From Patescibacteria group bacterium (GTDB lineage Bacteria > Patescibacteriota > Patescibacteriia > GWA2-46-9): a stretch of DNA of 64,000 nucleotides. Under the pieces are notes generated by a model. The model worked only from the letters and a program-made list of their open reading frames with translations, was not told the DNA's origin and ran no database searches. The DNA is taken from NCBI GenBank assembly GCA_041675205.1, contig JBAYUF010000001.1, forward strand, positions 84,863 to 148,862. Reading direction: 5' to 3'. This document shows positions 37,046-46,777 of this stretch, one piece after another. Within the stretch, counting starts at the first letter, position 1. Each line of letters starts with the position of its first letter. The translations under genes and the position numbers were made by a program.

Positions 37046-38898
37046 TTACCTTGAATCGAAATAAAAAAAAGATTGCTGCCGCTGCTGAATCCGTTTCGGT
37101 CGAATCTTCAGCGCAGAGCCGAGAGGCGTTGGAGATCGCAAGAGTTTACCAGAAAGGCGTTATTCGATTGCGTGATATTGTCGCGCCGACTGCGTTTGAG
37201 GTTGAAGCATCGTATATTAAGTTGAATGACCAGTACGTGCGCACACTCTTCATAACAGAGTATCCACGGTACATCTCGGTTGGTTGGTTCGCACCACTCA
37301 TCAATGTTAGTACAACCATTGATCTGGCACTCTATATTTACCCAGTGAGTTCGGGAATTGTTTTAAAGCAACTCCGAAACAAGGTGGGGTCACTGGAAGC
37401 AGAAATTATCGCGGAGCACGAAAAGGGTGCACCGCGCGATCCTATTAAAGAAACAGCATTAAAGGATATTGAACGACTCAGAGATGACCTGACACAGGGG
37501 GTAGAGAAGTTCTTTCAATTTGGGCTTTATGTGACGTTGTACGCTGATACGCTTGAGCATCTTGATAGGACAACAGGGGATATCGTGCAGCTGCTTGGCA
37601 CGAAGCTTGTCTATGCTCGAAAGGTGCTCTATCAGGCAGAGCAAGGCTTTATTTCAACCGTCCCACTTGGCGTTGATGAACTGCAGATTACCTTCAACAT
37701 GAACACGTCACCTATTTCTTCTGCGTTTCCCTTTGTTTCTTCAGAACTGACTAGTGACGACGGCATACTGTACGGTATCAATAGGCACAATAACAGCCTC
37801 ATTCTCTTTGATCGGTTCTCGCTGCAGAATGCGAATACGGTCGTGTTCGCCACCTCTGGAGCTGGAAAATCGTACACTATTAAGCTTGAGGTACTGCGGT
37901 CCCTTATGCTTGGGGTGGACGTTATTGTGATTGACCCTGAAAAGGAATATCAACACCTTTCTGAAGCGGTCGGTGGCACCTACTTAAATATTTCATTGGC
38001 CAGCGAAAGCAAGGTAAACCCTTTTGATTTACCGCGCGGTATTGGTGACGATATACAGACAGGGGACGTCATTCGTAGTGCCGTCATTACGCTGAAGGGA
38101 TTACTTCGTATCATGCTCGGTACGTTAACAAGCGAAGAGGATTCGCTGCTTGATCGCGCCCTCTTGGAAACATATGCCAAAAAAGACATTACACCCGAAT
38201 CTGACTTAACCCGAGTAGAGCCACCAATTTTGGCCGACCTGGAAGACGTTTTGAACGGTATGCAAGGCACGCAAGATATGGTGGCCCGGTTGCAAAAATA
38301 TACCAAGGGGACGTTTGCCGGACTTTTGAATAGCACAACAAACGTCGTCACTGATAATCAACTAATTGTTTTTTCAATCCGAGATTTGGAAGATGAATTG
38401 CGACCAATTGCAATTTACACAATTATAAACCACATTTGGAATTTGGTTCGCAGCGAGCGAAAGAAGCGGATTCTTGTAATTGATGAAGCCTGGTGGATGA
38501 TGCAGCACGAAGACAGCGCCAAGTTTATATTTGCGTTAGTGAAACGGGCTCGTAAATACTATCTTGGGGTAACGACTATCACGCAAGACGTCAGCGACTT
38601 TTTAAGTTCACCGTATGGATTAGCGGTAGTGAATAACTCAGCGATGCAACTCTTGTTGAAACAGTCACCAGCCGCCATTGATTTGGTACAGAAGACATTT
38701 CTTTTGACTGAAGGCGAGAAGTACCTGCTACTGGAGGGCAGTGTTGGTGAAGGCATTTTCTTTGCTGGGCCGAAGCATGCGGCTATTAAAGTTGTGGCTT
38801 CGTATACGGAAGATCGTTTGATTACAACTGACCCACGGCAACTCTTAGAAATGGAGGCGGCGGCAAAGCGCGACAACGCTACACCGCCAGTAGCATAA
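37042..38898 (+). CDS. virB4: VirB4-like T4SS ATPase
   Basis: Walker A ATSGAGKS, VIDPEKEY, Walker B VIDEAW, KRARKY, TQD. Confidence 0.88.
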   Translation: MITLNRNKKKIAAAAESVSVESSAQSREALEIARVYQKGVIRLRDIVAPTAFEVEASYIKLNDQYVRTLFITEYPRYISVGWFAPLINVSTTIDLALYIYPVSSGIVLKQLRNKVGSLEAEIIAEHEKGAPRDPIKETALKDIERLRDDLTQGVEKFFQFGLYVTLYADTLEHLDRTTGDIVQLLGTKLVYARKVLYQAEQGFISTVPLGVDELQITFNMNTSPISSAFPFVSSELTSDDGILYGINRHNNSLILFDRFSLQNANTVVFATSGAGKSYTIKLEVLRSLMLGVDVIVIDPEKEYQHLSEAVGGTYLNISLASESKVNPFDLPRGIGDDIQTGDVIRSAVITLKGLLRIMLGTLTSEEDSLLDRALLETYAKKDITPESDLTRVEPPILADLEDVLNGMQGTQDMVARLQKYTKGTFAGLLNSTTNVVTDNQLIVFSIRDLEDELRPIAIYTIINHIWNLVRSERKKRILVIDEAWWMMQHEDSAKFIFALVKRARKYYLGVTTITQDVSDFLSSPYGLAVVNNSAMQLLLKQSPAAIDLVQKTFLLTEGEKYLLLEGSVGEGIFFAGPKHAAIKVVASYTEDRLITTDPRQLLEMEAAAKRDNATPPVA

Positions 38899-39455
38899 TG
38901 TATATGACTCGACGAACAAAGATAATAATAGGTGTTGGGTTCTTGTTGGGCGTTGGAGTGCTCCTATACTTTCTCTTTCAATCTCGACAAACCCCGCCAG
39001 AGGTTACTCCGCCACCGGCAAAGCCAGCAGTTGAAAATAGAGACGATGGTACTGCCCAGGTGATTGGTGGCGTCGAACCTACCCCAGAAAGCACAGCGCT
39101 TCGAACTGCCCGGTTTGTCGCAGAGCGGTACGGTACGTTTTCGAGTGATGAAGGTCTGAATGGGGTGCAAGAATTAGTCGCTGTTTCTACGCCTCAAACC
39201 ACTGAATGGCTAACGGGAATCTACATACCGCAAGTAACATCGCGAATGAAAACTAGTGTATTTTACGCTGAATCTGCTCGCGTGCTTGCGGCAACAATCA
39301 TTACGATAAACGATACAACCGCCGGCGTTCATATTCGTCTACAGCGTCAAATTACTGAAGGGAGCGAAGAACGGATGAATAATGCTGAATTGGATATTGA
39401 ACTGACGCGAAGTGGGAACACGTGGCTTGTTTCAGGCATTTTTGAAGACCGCTGA
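38898..39455 (+). CDS. Bitopic membrane protein, probable NTF2-like (VirB8/TcpC-like) domain
   Basis: N-terminal TM, Pro linker, ARFVAERYG...ELTRSGNTWLVS; position after virB4. Confidence 0.5.
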   Translation: MYMTRRTKIIIGVGFLLGVGVLLYFLFQSRQTPPEVTPPPAKPAVENRDDGTAQVIGGVEPTPESTALRTARFVAERYGTFSSDEGLNGVQELVAVSTPQTTEWLTGIYIPQVTSRMKTSVFYAESARVLAATIITINDTTAGVHIRLQRQITEGSEERMNNAELDIELTRSGNTWLVSGIFEDR

Positions 39456-40168
39456 TGAGCGCAGTTGTTGAAGTATGGCGCTGGCTTACAGACGTAATCC
39501 AGCGTTTACTTTTTCCAGTGTTTTGTTTGCGCTGCGGCGTGGAAGGTGATTTTTTATGTGCTGCTTGTCAAAAAACTGTGCCACCGGTGCCGGTTCAAGT
39601 CTGTGTTTTTTGCTCGGTGTCCAGCCCCAATGGGCGTACGTGCAGTGCCTGCAGCCGACATGCGCTTGACGGCGTTTGTGTGCGTGGCATGTACGATGAC
39701 TGGAGTTGGCGGGTGCTCATTACGGCCTGGAAATTTCATGGTGCAGCAATCACGCCGCTCCTCAGTCGGCTTCTTGAGGATAGTATCGCCGTGCTTCCAG
39801 AAAGTTATCGGACTGGGAAGTTTATGGTAGTTCCAGTACCGCTTGCTAGACGTCGACAACGTGAGCGGGGTCGAAATCAATCAGCGGAGCTCGCGAATGC
39901 GCTTGTCGGTCATCAGTTGATTGTAGCTGCGCTTACTCGTGTTCGAGAGACCGCCCAACAATCGCAGTTATCAAAAAAAGATAGGATACGAAATGTTCAT
40001 GCTGCCTTCAAAGCTAATCCTGCGCTTGTGCAACCGGACACAAACTATCTGCTCATCGACGACGTAGTCACTACTGGGGCTACGCTTGAACAAGCGGCGC
40101 AGGCGCTTAAAGAAGTCGGCGCAACGTCTGTTTGGGCAGTTACTCTAGCAAGAAGTCGCTTGCTTTAA
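39455..40168 (+). CDS. comF: ComF family protein (double Zn ribbon + PRTase domain)
   Basis: Four CxxC, VPVPL...RGRNQS, LLIDDVVTTGATL. Confidence 0.92.
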   Translation: MSAVVEVWRWLTDVIQRLLFPVFCLRCGVEGDFLCAACQKTVPPVPVQVCVFCSVSSPNGRTCSACSRHALDGVCVRGMYDDWSWRVLITAWKFHGAAITPLLSRLLEDSIAVLPESYRTGKFMVVPVPLARRRQRERGRNQSAELANALVGHQLIVAALTRVRETAQQSQLSKKDRIRNVHAAFKANPALVQPDTNYLLIDDVVTTGATLEQAAQALKEVGATSVWAVTLARSRLL

Positions 40169-40383
40169 GTGCTAGTGAGAAAGAAGAAACAAAAAAAGTT
40201 TCTAACGGGTACTTCATCTATTTGCCGTCGCATGGTAGGGACGATTGGCGGAACTTTGAACCAAAAGAACGGCTTAACTTCGCGATTATCGATAAAAGAA
40301 AAGGAAAATTAAGACGAATTTACGAGGAAAATCTAAACTGCTTTGAAATTCCAAAGCTCGCGCTTAAAATTATTGAAGAATGA
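40169..40383 (+). pseudogene. AT-rich gene fragment (C-terminal remnant without a convincing start)
   Basis: Abrupt composition change directly after the comF stop; frame stays open to 40383. Confidence 0.35.
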
Positions 40384-40987
40384 TCGATTTTAACTCGGCA
40401 ATGTTATTAATTATAAAATCTGGTTTTAAAGCTTCGAGTCTTTCTTTTGTGAAAAATCCCCACGTTACCGCTCCAGTCTTTACTCCCGCGTTTTTGCCTG
40501 CTTCTATTTCATGATTTGAATCGCCGATAAAGATAGTTTCTTCCAATTTAAAATTATTTCTTTTTGTTAATTCATATAGACTTTCGGTTTTGTCATACGC
40601 ATTGGTGATAACATCATAAAAAATATCTTGGAGTCCAAAACTGACAATTTCTGGCAAAAGAGTTTCAGGGAAATCAGAACTTAAAACTGCAATTTTAATT
40701 CCCTTTCTTTTAAAATCTTTAATGCTTTCTACAATTCCAGGATAAGATTTTCCTTTTGGGGATTTAGCGACCGCGCGTCTGTAAGCAGTCTGTTCTTCTT
40801 CAAGAGTAAGATGGGGTGCATATTTATTATAAAAACGCATGTAGGGTTGTTCCCATTCTTCCTTCAACTCTATTAATGAAATTGGTTTCAAGTCTAATTC
40901 CTCAAAAATTCGATTAACAACAATTAGCTGATTTTCAACTGAATCGTTTATCACTCCTGACCAATCAAAAATTATATTTTTAAACAT
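40370..40987 (-). CDS. HAD-superfamily hydrolase (phosphoglycolate phosphatase-like)
   Basis: IIFDWSGVI, IFIGDSNHEI..GKNAG...VTWGF; markedly AT-rich. Confidence 0.88.
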   Translation of the reverse strand: MFKNIIFDWSGVINDSVENQLIVVNRIFEELDLKPISLIELKEEWEQPYMRFYNKYAPHLTLEEEQTAYRRAVAKSPKGKSYPGIVESIKDFKRKGIKIAVLSSDFPETLLPEIVSFGLQDIFYDVITNAYDKTESLYELTKRNNFKLEETIFIGDSNHEIEAGKNAGVKTGAVTWGFFTKERLEALKPDFIINNIAELKSIILQ

Positions 40988-41134
40988 ACGTATCTATTTT
41001 AAACTTGGATATCTGACGGTGGTGGCCCGCCAAATCAAAGGAATTTCTTCGGACAAGGATTAGTTCACTCCTTCGGCGTGCTCAAAATACATCTTTAGCT
41101 CTAATATTTTACGAAGTTCGCTCTAGTCGACACT

Positions 41135-41220
<86 letters not shown>

Positions 41221-41238
41221 GCACTACCGACTAGTTTT

Positions 41239-41357
41239 TCCACCAGAGGCGGATCCACCCTTGGTGGACAAGACTGTCGCCATTGTAACCACCGACTACC
41301 TAGAAGTCCCGCGAAGGCGGGGTCGGACACCTCTCCGCACTACCGACTAGTTTTTCC
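41239..41357 (-). pseudogene. Degenerate duplicate of the tRNA-Ser(TGA) 5' half and its upstream flank, with inserted hairpin repeats
   Basis: CAAGACTGTCGCCAT and CACCTCTCCGCACTACCGACTAGTTTTTCC are both repeated. Confidence 0.7.
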
Positions 41358-41446
41358 GCTTTTGGCTGAGCCACTTCTTTACGAGGTAAATATACCAGTG
41401 ATTATGGCGTCGGCATAGTTTAGCTACTTCCCGATCGAATGGCAAA

Positions 41447-43234
41447 TTAACTTTCTAAAAATCCACCAGACTGATGTTCCCATAGTTTTACATAGAGTCC
41501 TTTCTGGTGAATCAATTCCTCGTGTGTGCCATCTTGAACGATTCTTCCTTGGTCTAGAACAATGATTCTATCTAAGTGTTTGATGGTAGAAAGTCGGTGA
41601 GCAATAACCAAAGCGGTTTTTCCTTTCATTAATTCCCAAAGTCCTTCTTGAATATATTTTTCTGACTCAGAATCTAGTGAGCTCGTCGCTTCATCTAAGA
41701 TGAGAATAGGTGCGTTCTTCAGCAGTGCCCGAGCAATGGCGATTCGCTGCCTTTGTCCGCCACTTAACTTGACACCACGTTCACCAACCAGAGTTTCATA
41801 CCCTTGCGGCAGTTGGTTGATGAATTCATCAGCGTGGGCGATTTTTGCTGCTCGTACTATCTCTTTTTTGCTTGCCTTACTATTTCCATAGGCAATATTT
41901 TCAAGCAAAGAACGGTGAAAAAGTAGTGGTTCTTGGGGAACATAACCAATCGCTTCTCGGAGTGAAACCTGACTAACCTTCTGGATATCTGTGTCATCAA
42001 TTGTAATCGTACCTGAGTTAACATCAACAAATCGAAGAAGTAACTTTGTCATCGTTGTCTTTCCGCCACCGCTTGGACCGACTAAACCAATTTTTTGATG
42101 CCCTTCAATTTGAAGGCTAAGGTCACGAAGGAAGGGCGTATGTTCATCATTCCCCGAATAGGTAAAGGTAATTTTGTTGAAACGTATTGCACCGTTTTTA
42201 ACATGAAGCGTGGTTGCTCGGGGAGCGTCTTCAATAAGTGGTGCGGTTAGAAAAAGTTGCGTTAGCTCAGCCGCTTCGCTAACAGAAGATTCAAATTGAC
42301 GGTAGACCTTGTTGATTTCCCAAAGGACTCGCGTAGTGAGAGCGTAGTAGGAAAAAATAATCATAATTGCACCGGCGGACAACCCTAGTTGTTCTGCAAA
42401 TAGTACGGCAGCGATGAGCCCGCAGGTGTTGGTGAGCACATAAATAGGTGAGATTACCGTGTCGAATCTCAGGTTTTGAAAATTTGCTGCCCGTCTGTAT
42501 TTATCAGTAAAGTCAGCAACGTAGGTGCTAAAATTTTCTAATTCCCATTTTTCTTTTGCAAAGGACTTAATAATAATCATGTTGCCGATGGCGTCAGATA
42601 ATTTTCCAGCAACTCTGCTGCTGGCATCATGACGAAGGGATACCAAGTGAGCGCGGCGGCGAATAATTGGTAGAGCGACAACGAGAGCAATCACGATCCA
42701 CATTACAAGTATGAATGGCAGCCACGGTGAGTACTGCCATAGGACAATGAGCGCAAAAAGTATTGGGAAAATATTATTTGTCACACTGAACGCCAGTGTA
42801 TCGGTGAACGTTTCGAAATTTCTAGAGAAGGCCATAGCCTTCTTGGTTAATGAACCAACAAAGTTATTAGCGTAGAAGTCATAATCTCGGTCAGAAAGTC
42901 GTTTAAAAACAATTCTGCCAAGGTTGTAAAAAGCATTGGCTTCGATTTTTACCAAATAATGAAAACCAATTCTCCAAAAAATTTCACCGAGCATCCATAA
43001 ACTTGCAAAAGCAAAGATGTATGGCGCAGCGGTTGTAAGTGAGATGGTGCCATCAGCGACAAAAATGTTAATGAGTCGGCCGACAATGAGTGGGGGGACA
43101 AAAAAAACGAAAATCGTACCAGTTGCTGGCATAAGAAACGCTGCCAGCGAGTACCAGGGGTAGGCCCGGTATTGATCGGTAAAGTCCCGCAGTACTTGTC
43201 GTACTGCATCAGGAGTAATAAGTTGCTCTGCCAT
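41447..43234 (-). CDS. ABC exporter, fused permease/ATPase (MsbA/MdlB-like)
   Basis: Six TMs, GPSGGGKTT, LSGGQRQR, ILDEATSSLD, AHRLST. Confidence 0.93.
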   Translation of the reverse strand: MAEQLITPDAVRQVLRDFTDQYRAYPWYSLAAFLMPATGTIFVFFVPPLIVGRLINIFVADGTISLTTAAPYIFAFASLWMLGEIFWRIGFHYLVKIEANAFYNLGRIVFKRLSDRDYDFYANNFVGSLTKKAMAFSRNFETFTDTLAFSVTNNIFPILFALIVLWQYSPWLPFILVMWIVIALVVALPIIRRRAHLVSLRHDASSRVAGKLSDAIGNMIIIKSFAKEKWELENFSTYVADFTDKYRRAANFQNLRFDTVISPIYVLTNTCGLIAAVLFAEQLGLSAGAIMIIFSYYALTTRVLWEINKVYRQFESSVSEAAELTQLFLTAPLIEDAPRATTLHVKNGAIRFNKITFTYSGNDEHTPFLRDLSLQIEGHQKIGLVGPSGGGKTTMTKLLLRFVDVNSGTITIDDTDIQKVSQVSLREAIGYVPQEPLLFHRSLLENIAYGNSKASKKEIVRAAKIAHADEFINQLPQGYETLVGERGVKLSGGQRQRIAIARALLKNAPILILDEATSSLDSESEKYIQEGLWELMKGKTALVIAHRLSTIKHLDRIIVLDQGRIVQDGTHEELIHQKGLYVKLWEHQSGGFLES

Positions 43235-43364
43235 AGACAGTTACTTTAGCCAATTTCGTGAATATGTCCATTATAATAGAAAAAACTTCTGCAATGTGGC
43301 AGAAGAAGTTCAGCTGGTGAGGTAGGTGGAGGATTGTTTCGAAATGATTTCTGAACGACCCTGA

Positions 43365-43765
43365 GGGAGGGATTTCCGGCGTGTCTCGTCGTCAGCAGTA
43401 CGACTCAGTGCTCTAATTTGAAGGGGAGGGATTCGCCTACAAATCGCTTCGGCTTCCGCCTCAGCGTTCGCAGGCCGCCCCTCGCGGTCTTCGTCGTCAG
43501 CAATACTCCTCAGACATCGCTGCGGGCTTCTCACCCCTCACACGAGCAAATCAATTTGCTCGTTCCCTTCCTCGGAACACTGACATTATTATATTTATCT
43601 TTTGGTATGTTCCTCGGAAGGTGGGTCGGGAATCGGTCACAACTCTCGTCGGCTTCCGCCTCCTCGGTCGCGACCCCGCCTCACGGTCTTCGTCGTCAGC
43701 AATACTCCTCAGACATCGTTCCGGCTTTCGAATCCCTCACGCGAATGAAGCAGTTCATTCGCTCC
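43365..43765. repeat. tRNA-associated structured repeat region: two ~110-bp degenerate direct repeats plus a 50-bp motif shared with 6896-6945
   Basis: Identical 35-mer CGGTCTTCGTCGTCAGCAATACTCCTCAGACATCG at 43485 and 43684. Confidence 0.8.
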
Positions 43766-43789
43766 CTTCCTCGTTCACAAAGTTCACTT

Positions 43790-43879
43790 CGGAAGGGGAG
43801 GGATTCGAACCCTCGGTACGGAAAAAAACCGTACAACGGTTTAGCAAACCGTCGCCTTAGGCCACTCAGCCACCCTTCC
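43790..43879 (-). tRNA. tRNA-Ser(GCT), CCA not encoded
   Basis: ACGGT-TTGCTAA-ACCGT anticodon arm and long variable arm. Confidence 0.95.
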
Positions 43880-44057
43880 GTATGCATCTGGCTACGCCAG
43901 ATTATAAAAAACCGTCGGCTTCGTGCCCCCGGGGTTGTTTTTTACAACCCGCCGAATGCTGCGCCTTCTCGCATTCAGCCCACTCAGCCACCCTTCCATC
44001 AAGTATTTAACGTCTGCCAAGTGTAGCCGCGAGGGGTCGATTCGTCAATTGACAAAA

Positions 44058-44086
44058 TTGACCCAACACAGGCATTTCCGTATACT
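44058..44086 (+). promoter_or_regulatory. Putative sigma70 promoter
   Basis: TTGACC-17 bp-TATACT just upstream of the ATG at 44100. Confidence 0.55.
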
Positions 44087-44099
44087 TCTCAAGTAAACT

Positions 44100-44594
44100 A
44101 TGGAAGAGCAAACAGATACAGATAGAAAGCCAGTTCGTTTTCAATGGGTGGTACCGGAGTACCACGAGTATGACCGTAGTCGGGAATGGTATATTGTTGC
44201 GGGGCTATGCGCTCTTTTTTTTCTGGGCATTGCCATTTGGTATCAAAATTTTCTCGGTGCAGTTTTGGTGCTCATCCTGACCATTATTGTGGTTGCCCAG
44301 CATGGTCAAACACCAATTGACGTAGCCGTTGAGCTAAGGGAAGACGGTATTCAGATAGGATCCGCCTTCTTTCATTATCGCGACTTGCAAAGTTTTTGGT
44401 TCATTTATGAGCCGCCTGATGTGAAAACCCTCTACTTTGATTTCCGCAGTCAATGGAGGGTTCGATTGCCTGTTCCATTGCAGGATATGGACCCAGTCGC
44501 CATTCGTGCTATGCTGCTGCAGTATCTTGAGGAGAATTTGGAACGTGAAGCAGAGCCAACCAGTGATTCCTTAAGTCGTTGGTTACAATTATAG
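44100..44594 (+). CDS. Hypothetical membrane protein (two TMs + PH-like/DUF5673-like domain)
   Basis: W..PEY....RS..WY, two TMs, GI.IG..F..Y..L.SFW; type commonly seen in CPR. Confidence 0.7.
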   Translation: MEEQTDTDRKPVRFQWVVPEYHEYDRSREWYIVAGLCALFFLGIAIWYQNFLGAVLVLILTIIVVAQHGQTPIDVAVELREDGIQIGSAFFHYRDLQSFWFIYEPPDVKTLYFDFRSQWRVRLPVPLQDMDPVAIRAMLLQYLEENLEREAEPTSDSLSRWLQL

Positions 44595-44615
44595 AAACAA
44601 CGTTCTTCGTTGTGC

Positions 44616-44689
44616 GTCCCTGTAGCTCAGCTGGATAGAGCGCAAGCTTGCGGAGCTTGAGGTCGCAGGTTCGACCCCTGCCGGGGACG
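44616..44689 (+). tRNA. tRNA-Arg(GCG), CCA not encoded
   Basis: GTCCCTG...CTGGATAGAGC, CAAGC-TTGCGGA-GCTTG, GGTTCGACCCC. Confidence 0.92.
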
Positions 44690-44710
44690 CAGAGCGCGGA
44701 ACATTAAAGC

Positions 44711-46777
44711 GTGAAGTACCATACGTTAACCAGTTCAATTGCAATACTTTCCGGCGTGGGGCCGAAGCGTGCTGCTTTGTTTGCGCAGCTTGGTATTAAC
44801 ACCATTGAAGATTTGCTATTGCATGCCCCCAGCGGCTATGTTGATTATTCACACCTGGCCACGATTGCAGAAGCCGGAGCAGGCGAACCCATTGCGCTGC
44901 GGGGTGAACTATCAAGCGTAAAATCTCGTCGCAGCTTTCGAAATAGAAAAGTATCGATTCATACAGCCACATTTTCAGACGATACTGGCAGCATTCAGGT
45001 AACGTGGTTTAATCGGTTTTCTATTCCTGCACTGCGTAGTGGCCCTGTGTATTTGACGGGTGTAATGCAGCTGGTTGACGGTAAGAAGCAAATTAGTAAC
45101 CCAATCGTTGAATCTGGGGACTGTGAACCGGTCGTCGCAAATCACATACTTGCGGTTTATCCTTTAACAAAAGGGCTTCAGCAGTGGCACGTCCGTCATG
45201 CAGTAGCTGCGGCGTTACCACTGCTTTCTAAATGCACTGACCCACTGCCTGGTCAGATTCGTGTGGCAAATAAGCTCGTTACTTGGTTGGAGTCGATACG
45301 AGATATTCATGCCCCACGTGACTTGCAAGTCGTTTTAACTGCCAGGCGACGGTTGGCCTTTGATGAATTACTAACATTTCGATTGGCACAGGCATTTGTG
45401 GCTCGAGATGCGGGCAAACAACGTTCGCATAAAATTACGGTTTCAGCTTCAAAGCGAGCAACGTTGTTGGCGCAGCTACCATTTCAGTGCACGCCTGAGC
45501 AGCAGCAAGTGCTTGAGGCTGTTTTTGAGGACATTGCGAAATCCAAGCCAGCCCGTCGATTAATTCAGGGTGAAGTAGGAACTGGCAAAACCGTGATTGC
45601 TGGTATGGCGCTTGCGGCTACTGTCCAGCAAGGCTTACAGGGATTGTATCTAACCCCGACCGATGTACTGGCCCGTCAACAGTATGAAACCCTGCATACG
45701 TGGCTAGAAGGCCTTGGGGTTAAGGTTGCCCTACTGACAGCTCGGACAGGCCTGTATGCTGGTCTCCCCGCCACGCCGCTAGCAGTACGAAGGCTTGCAG
45801 CTAGTGGAGAGCCAGTACTATTTGTTGGAACTCATGCGGCTGTTACCCACAAAACGACATTTTTAAAACTCGGGTTGGTTGTAATTGATGAGCAGCACCG
45901 TTTTGGCGTTGGACTTCGTCATCGAGCGTTTCAATCAACCGGCCGTTCACTCGTTCCCCATACTATTTCTATGACCGCCACACCAATTCCGCGAACATTA
46001 CAGCGAGCTATGCTGGAAGGCTTTGTTTATTCGACGCTTCATACGCCGCCGTTTGGTAAGCGACGAGTACACACTGCCATTGTGCCCACAGACAAACGTT
46101 CGATTGCTGAGGCCCGTTTACGAAAACGTTTACAGACAGGTGAGCAGGCCTTTGTTGTTTGTCCGCTCATTGACCCATCAGATGTGCTGGGTGTTCAGTC
46201 AGTGCAGGAAATGTTGCTGCACCTTCGGCACGTTTTACCAGACAGCACTATTGCCGCAGTACATGGGCGTCTTTTGCCGGCGGAAAAAGTGTCTATTTTT
46301 GCTGATTTTAAAGCAGGTAAGATTCAGGTTTTAGTAGCAACAACAGTAATTGAAGTTGGTATTGATGTTCCAGCCGCGACAATAATGGTGATCGAGGGCG
46401 CGGAACGATTTGGCTTAGCACAGCTGCACCAATTGCGTGGACGAGTTGGTCGTGCGGGCGGTGAAGGTTTCTGTTTGCTGTACGTAACCAAAATGACTGC
46501 TCGGGTACTTCACAGGCTGCGTTTATTTGCGAAGACCGATGACGCTTTCCGTTTGGCCGAGTTGGATTTATCACTGCGCGGTCCGGGTGAATGGTTTGGC
46601 TTTCGACAATCTGGTTTTCCTGAGCTGCGATTTGCCGACCTTTCAGATTCCGAAACACGTGCCCTGGCTGATTCAGCGGCGGAGACACTTTTGCGCATTG
46701 ACCCTAAGGGAGCGACGTATCGAAAATATTATGAGGCTGCGCAAAAGCTATGCAGCAGCGCCGATACTGGTCTTTAG
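44711..46777 (+). CDS. recG: ATP-dependent DNA helicase RecG
   Basis: QGEVGTGKT, IDEQHRFGV, MTATPIPR, ATTVIEVGIDVP, QLHQLRGRVGR, DLSLRGPGE. Confidence 0.96.
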   Translation: MKYHTLTSSIAILSGVGPKRAALFAQLGINTIEDLLLHAPSGYVDYSHLATIAEAGAGEPIALRGELSSVKSRRSFRNRKVSIHTATFSDDTGSIQVTWFNRFSIPALRSGPVYLTGVMQLVDGKKQISNPIVESGDCEPVVANHILAVYPLTKGLQQWHVRHAVAAALPLLSKCTDPLPGQIRVANKLVTWLESIRDIHAPRDLQVVLTARRRLAFDELLTFRLAQAFVARDAGKQRSHKITVSASKRATLLAQLPFQCTPEQQQVLEAVFEDIAKSKPARRLIQGEVGTGKTVIAGMALAATVQQGLQGLYLTPTDVLARQQYETLHTWLEGLGVKVALLTARTGLYAGLPATPLAVRRLAASGEPVLFVGTHAAVTHKTTFLKLGLVVIDEQHRFGVGLRHRAFQSTGRSLVPHTISMTATPIPRTLQRAMLEGFVYSTLHTPPFGKRRVHTAIVPTDKRSIAEARLRKRLQTGEQAFVVCPLIDPSDVLGVQSVQEMLLHLRHVLPDSTIAAVHGRLLPAEKVSIFADFKAGKIQVLVATTVIEVGIDVPAATIMVIEGAERFGLAQLHQLRGRVGRAGGEGFCLLYVTKMTARVLHRLRLFAKTDDAFRLAELDLSLRGPGEWFGFRQSGFPELRFADLSDSETRALADSAAETLLRIDPKGATYRKYYEAAQKLCSSADTGL

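Noticed and set aside
35895-39455. Integrative conjugative element
   Set aside because: No integrase, relaxase, coupling protein or att pair seen; composition matches the housekeeping genes
43450-43720. CRISPR-like repeat (identical 35-mers)
   Set aside because: Only two copies, ~165 nt apart, with similarity extending beyond the core; no cas genes
43418-44026. 202-aa ORF and overlapping small ORFs
   Set aside because: They span tRNA-Ser(GCT) and non-coding repeats; composition is not protein-like
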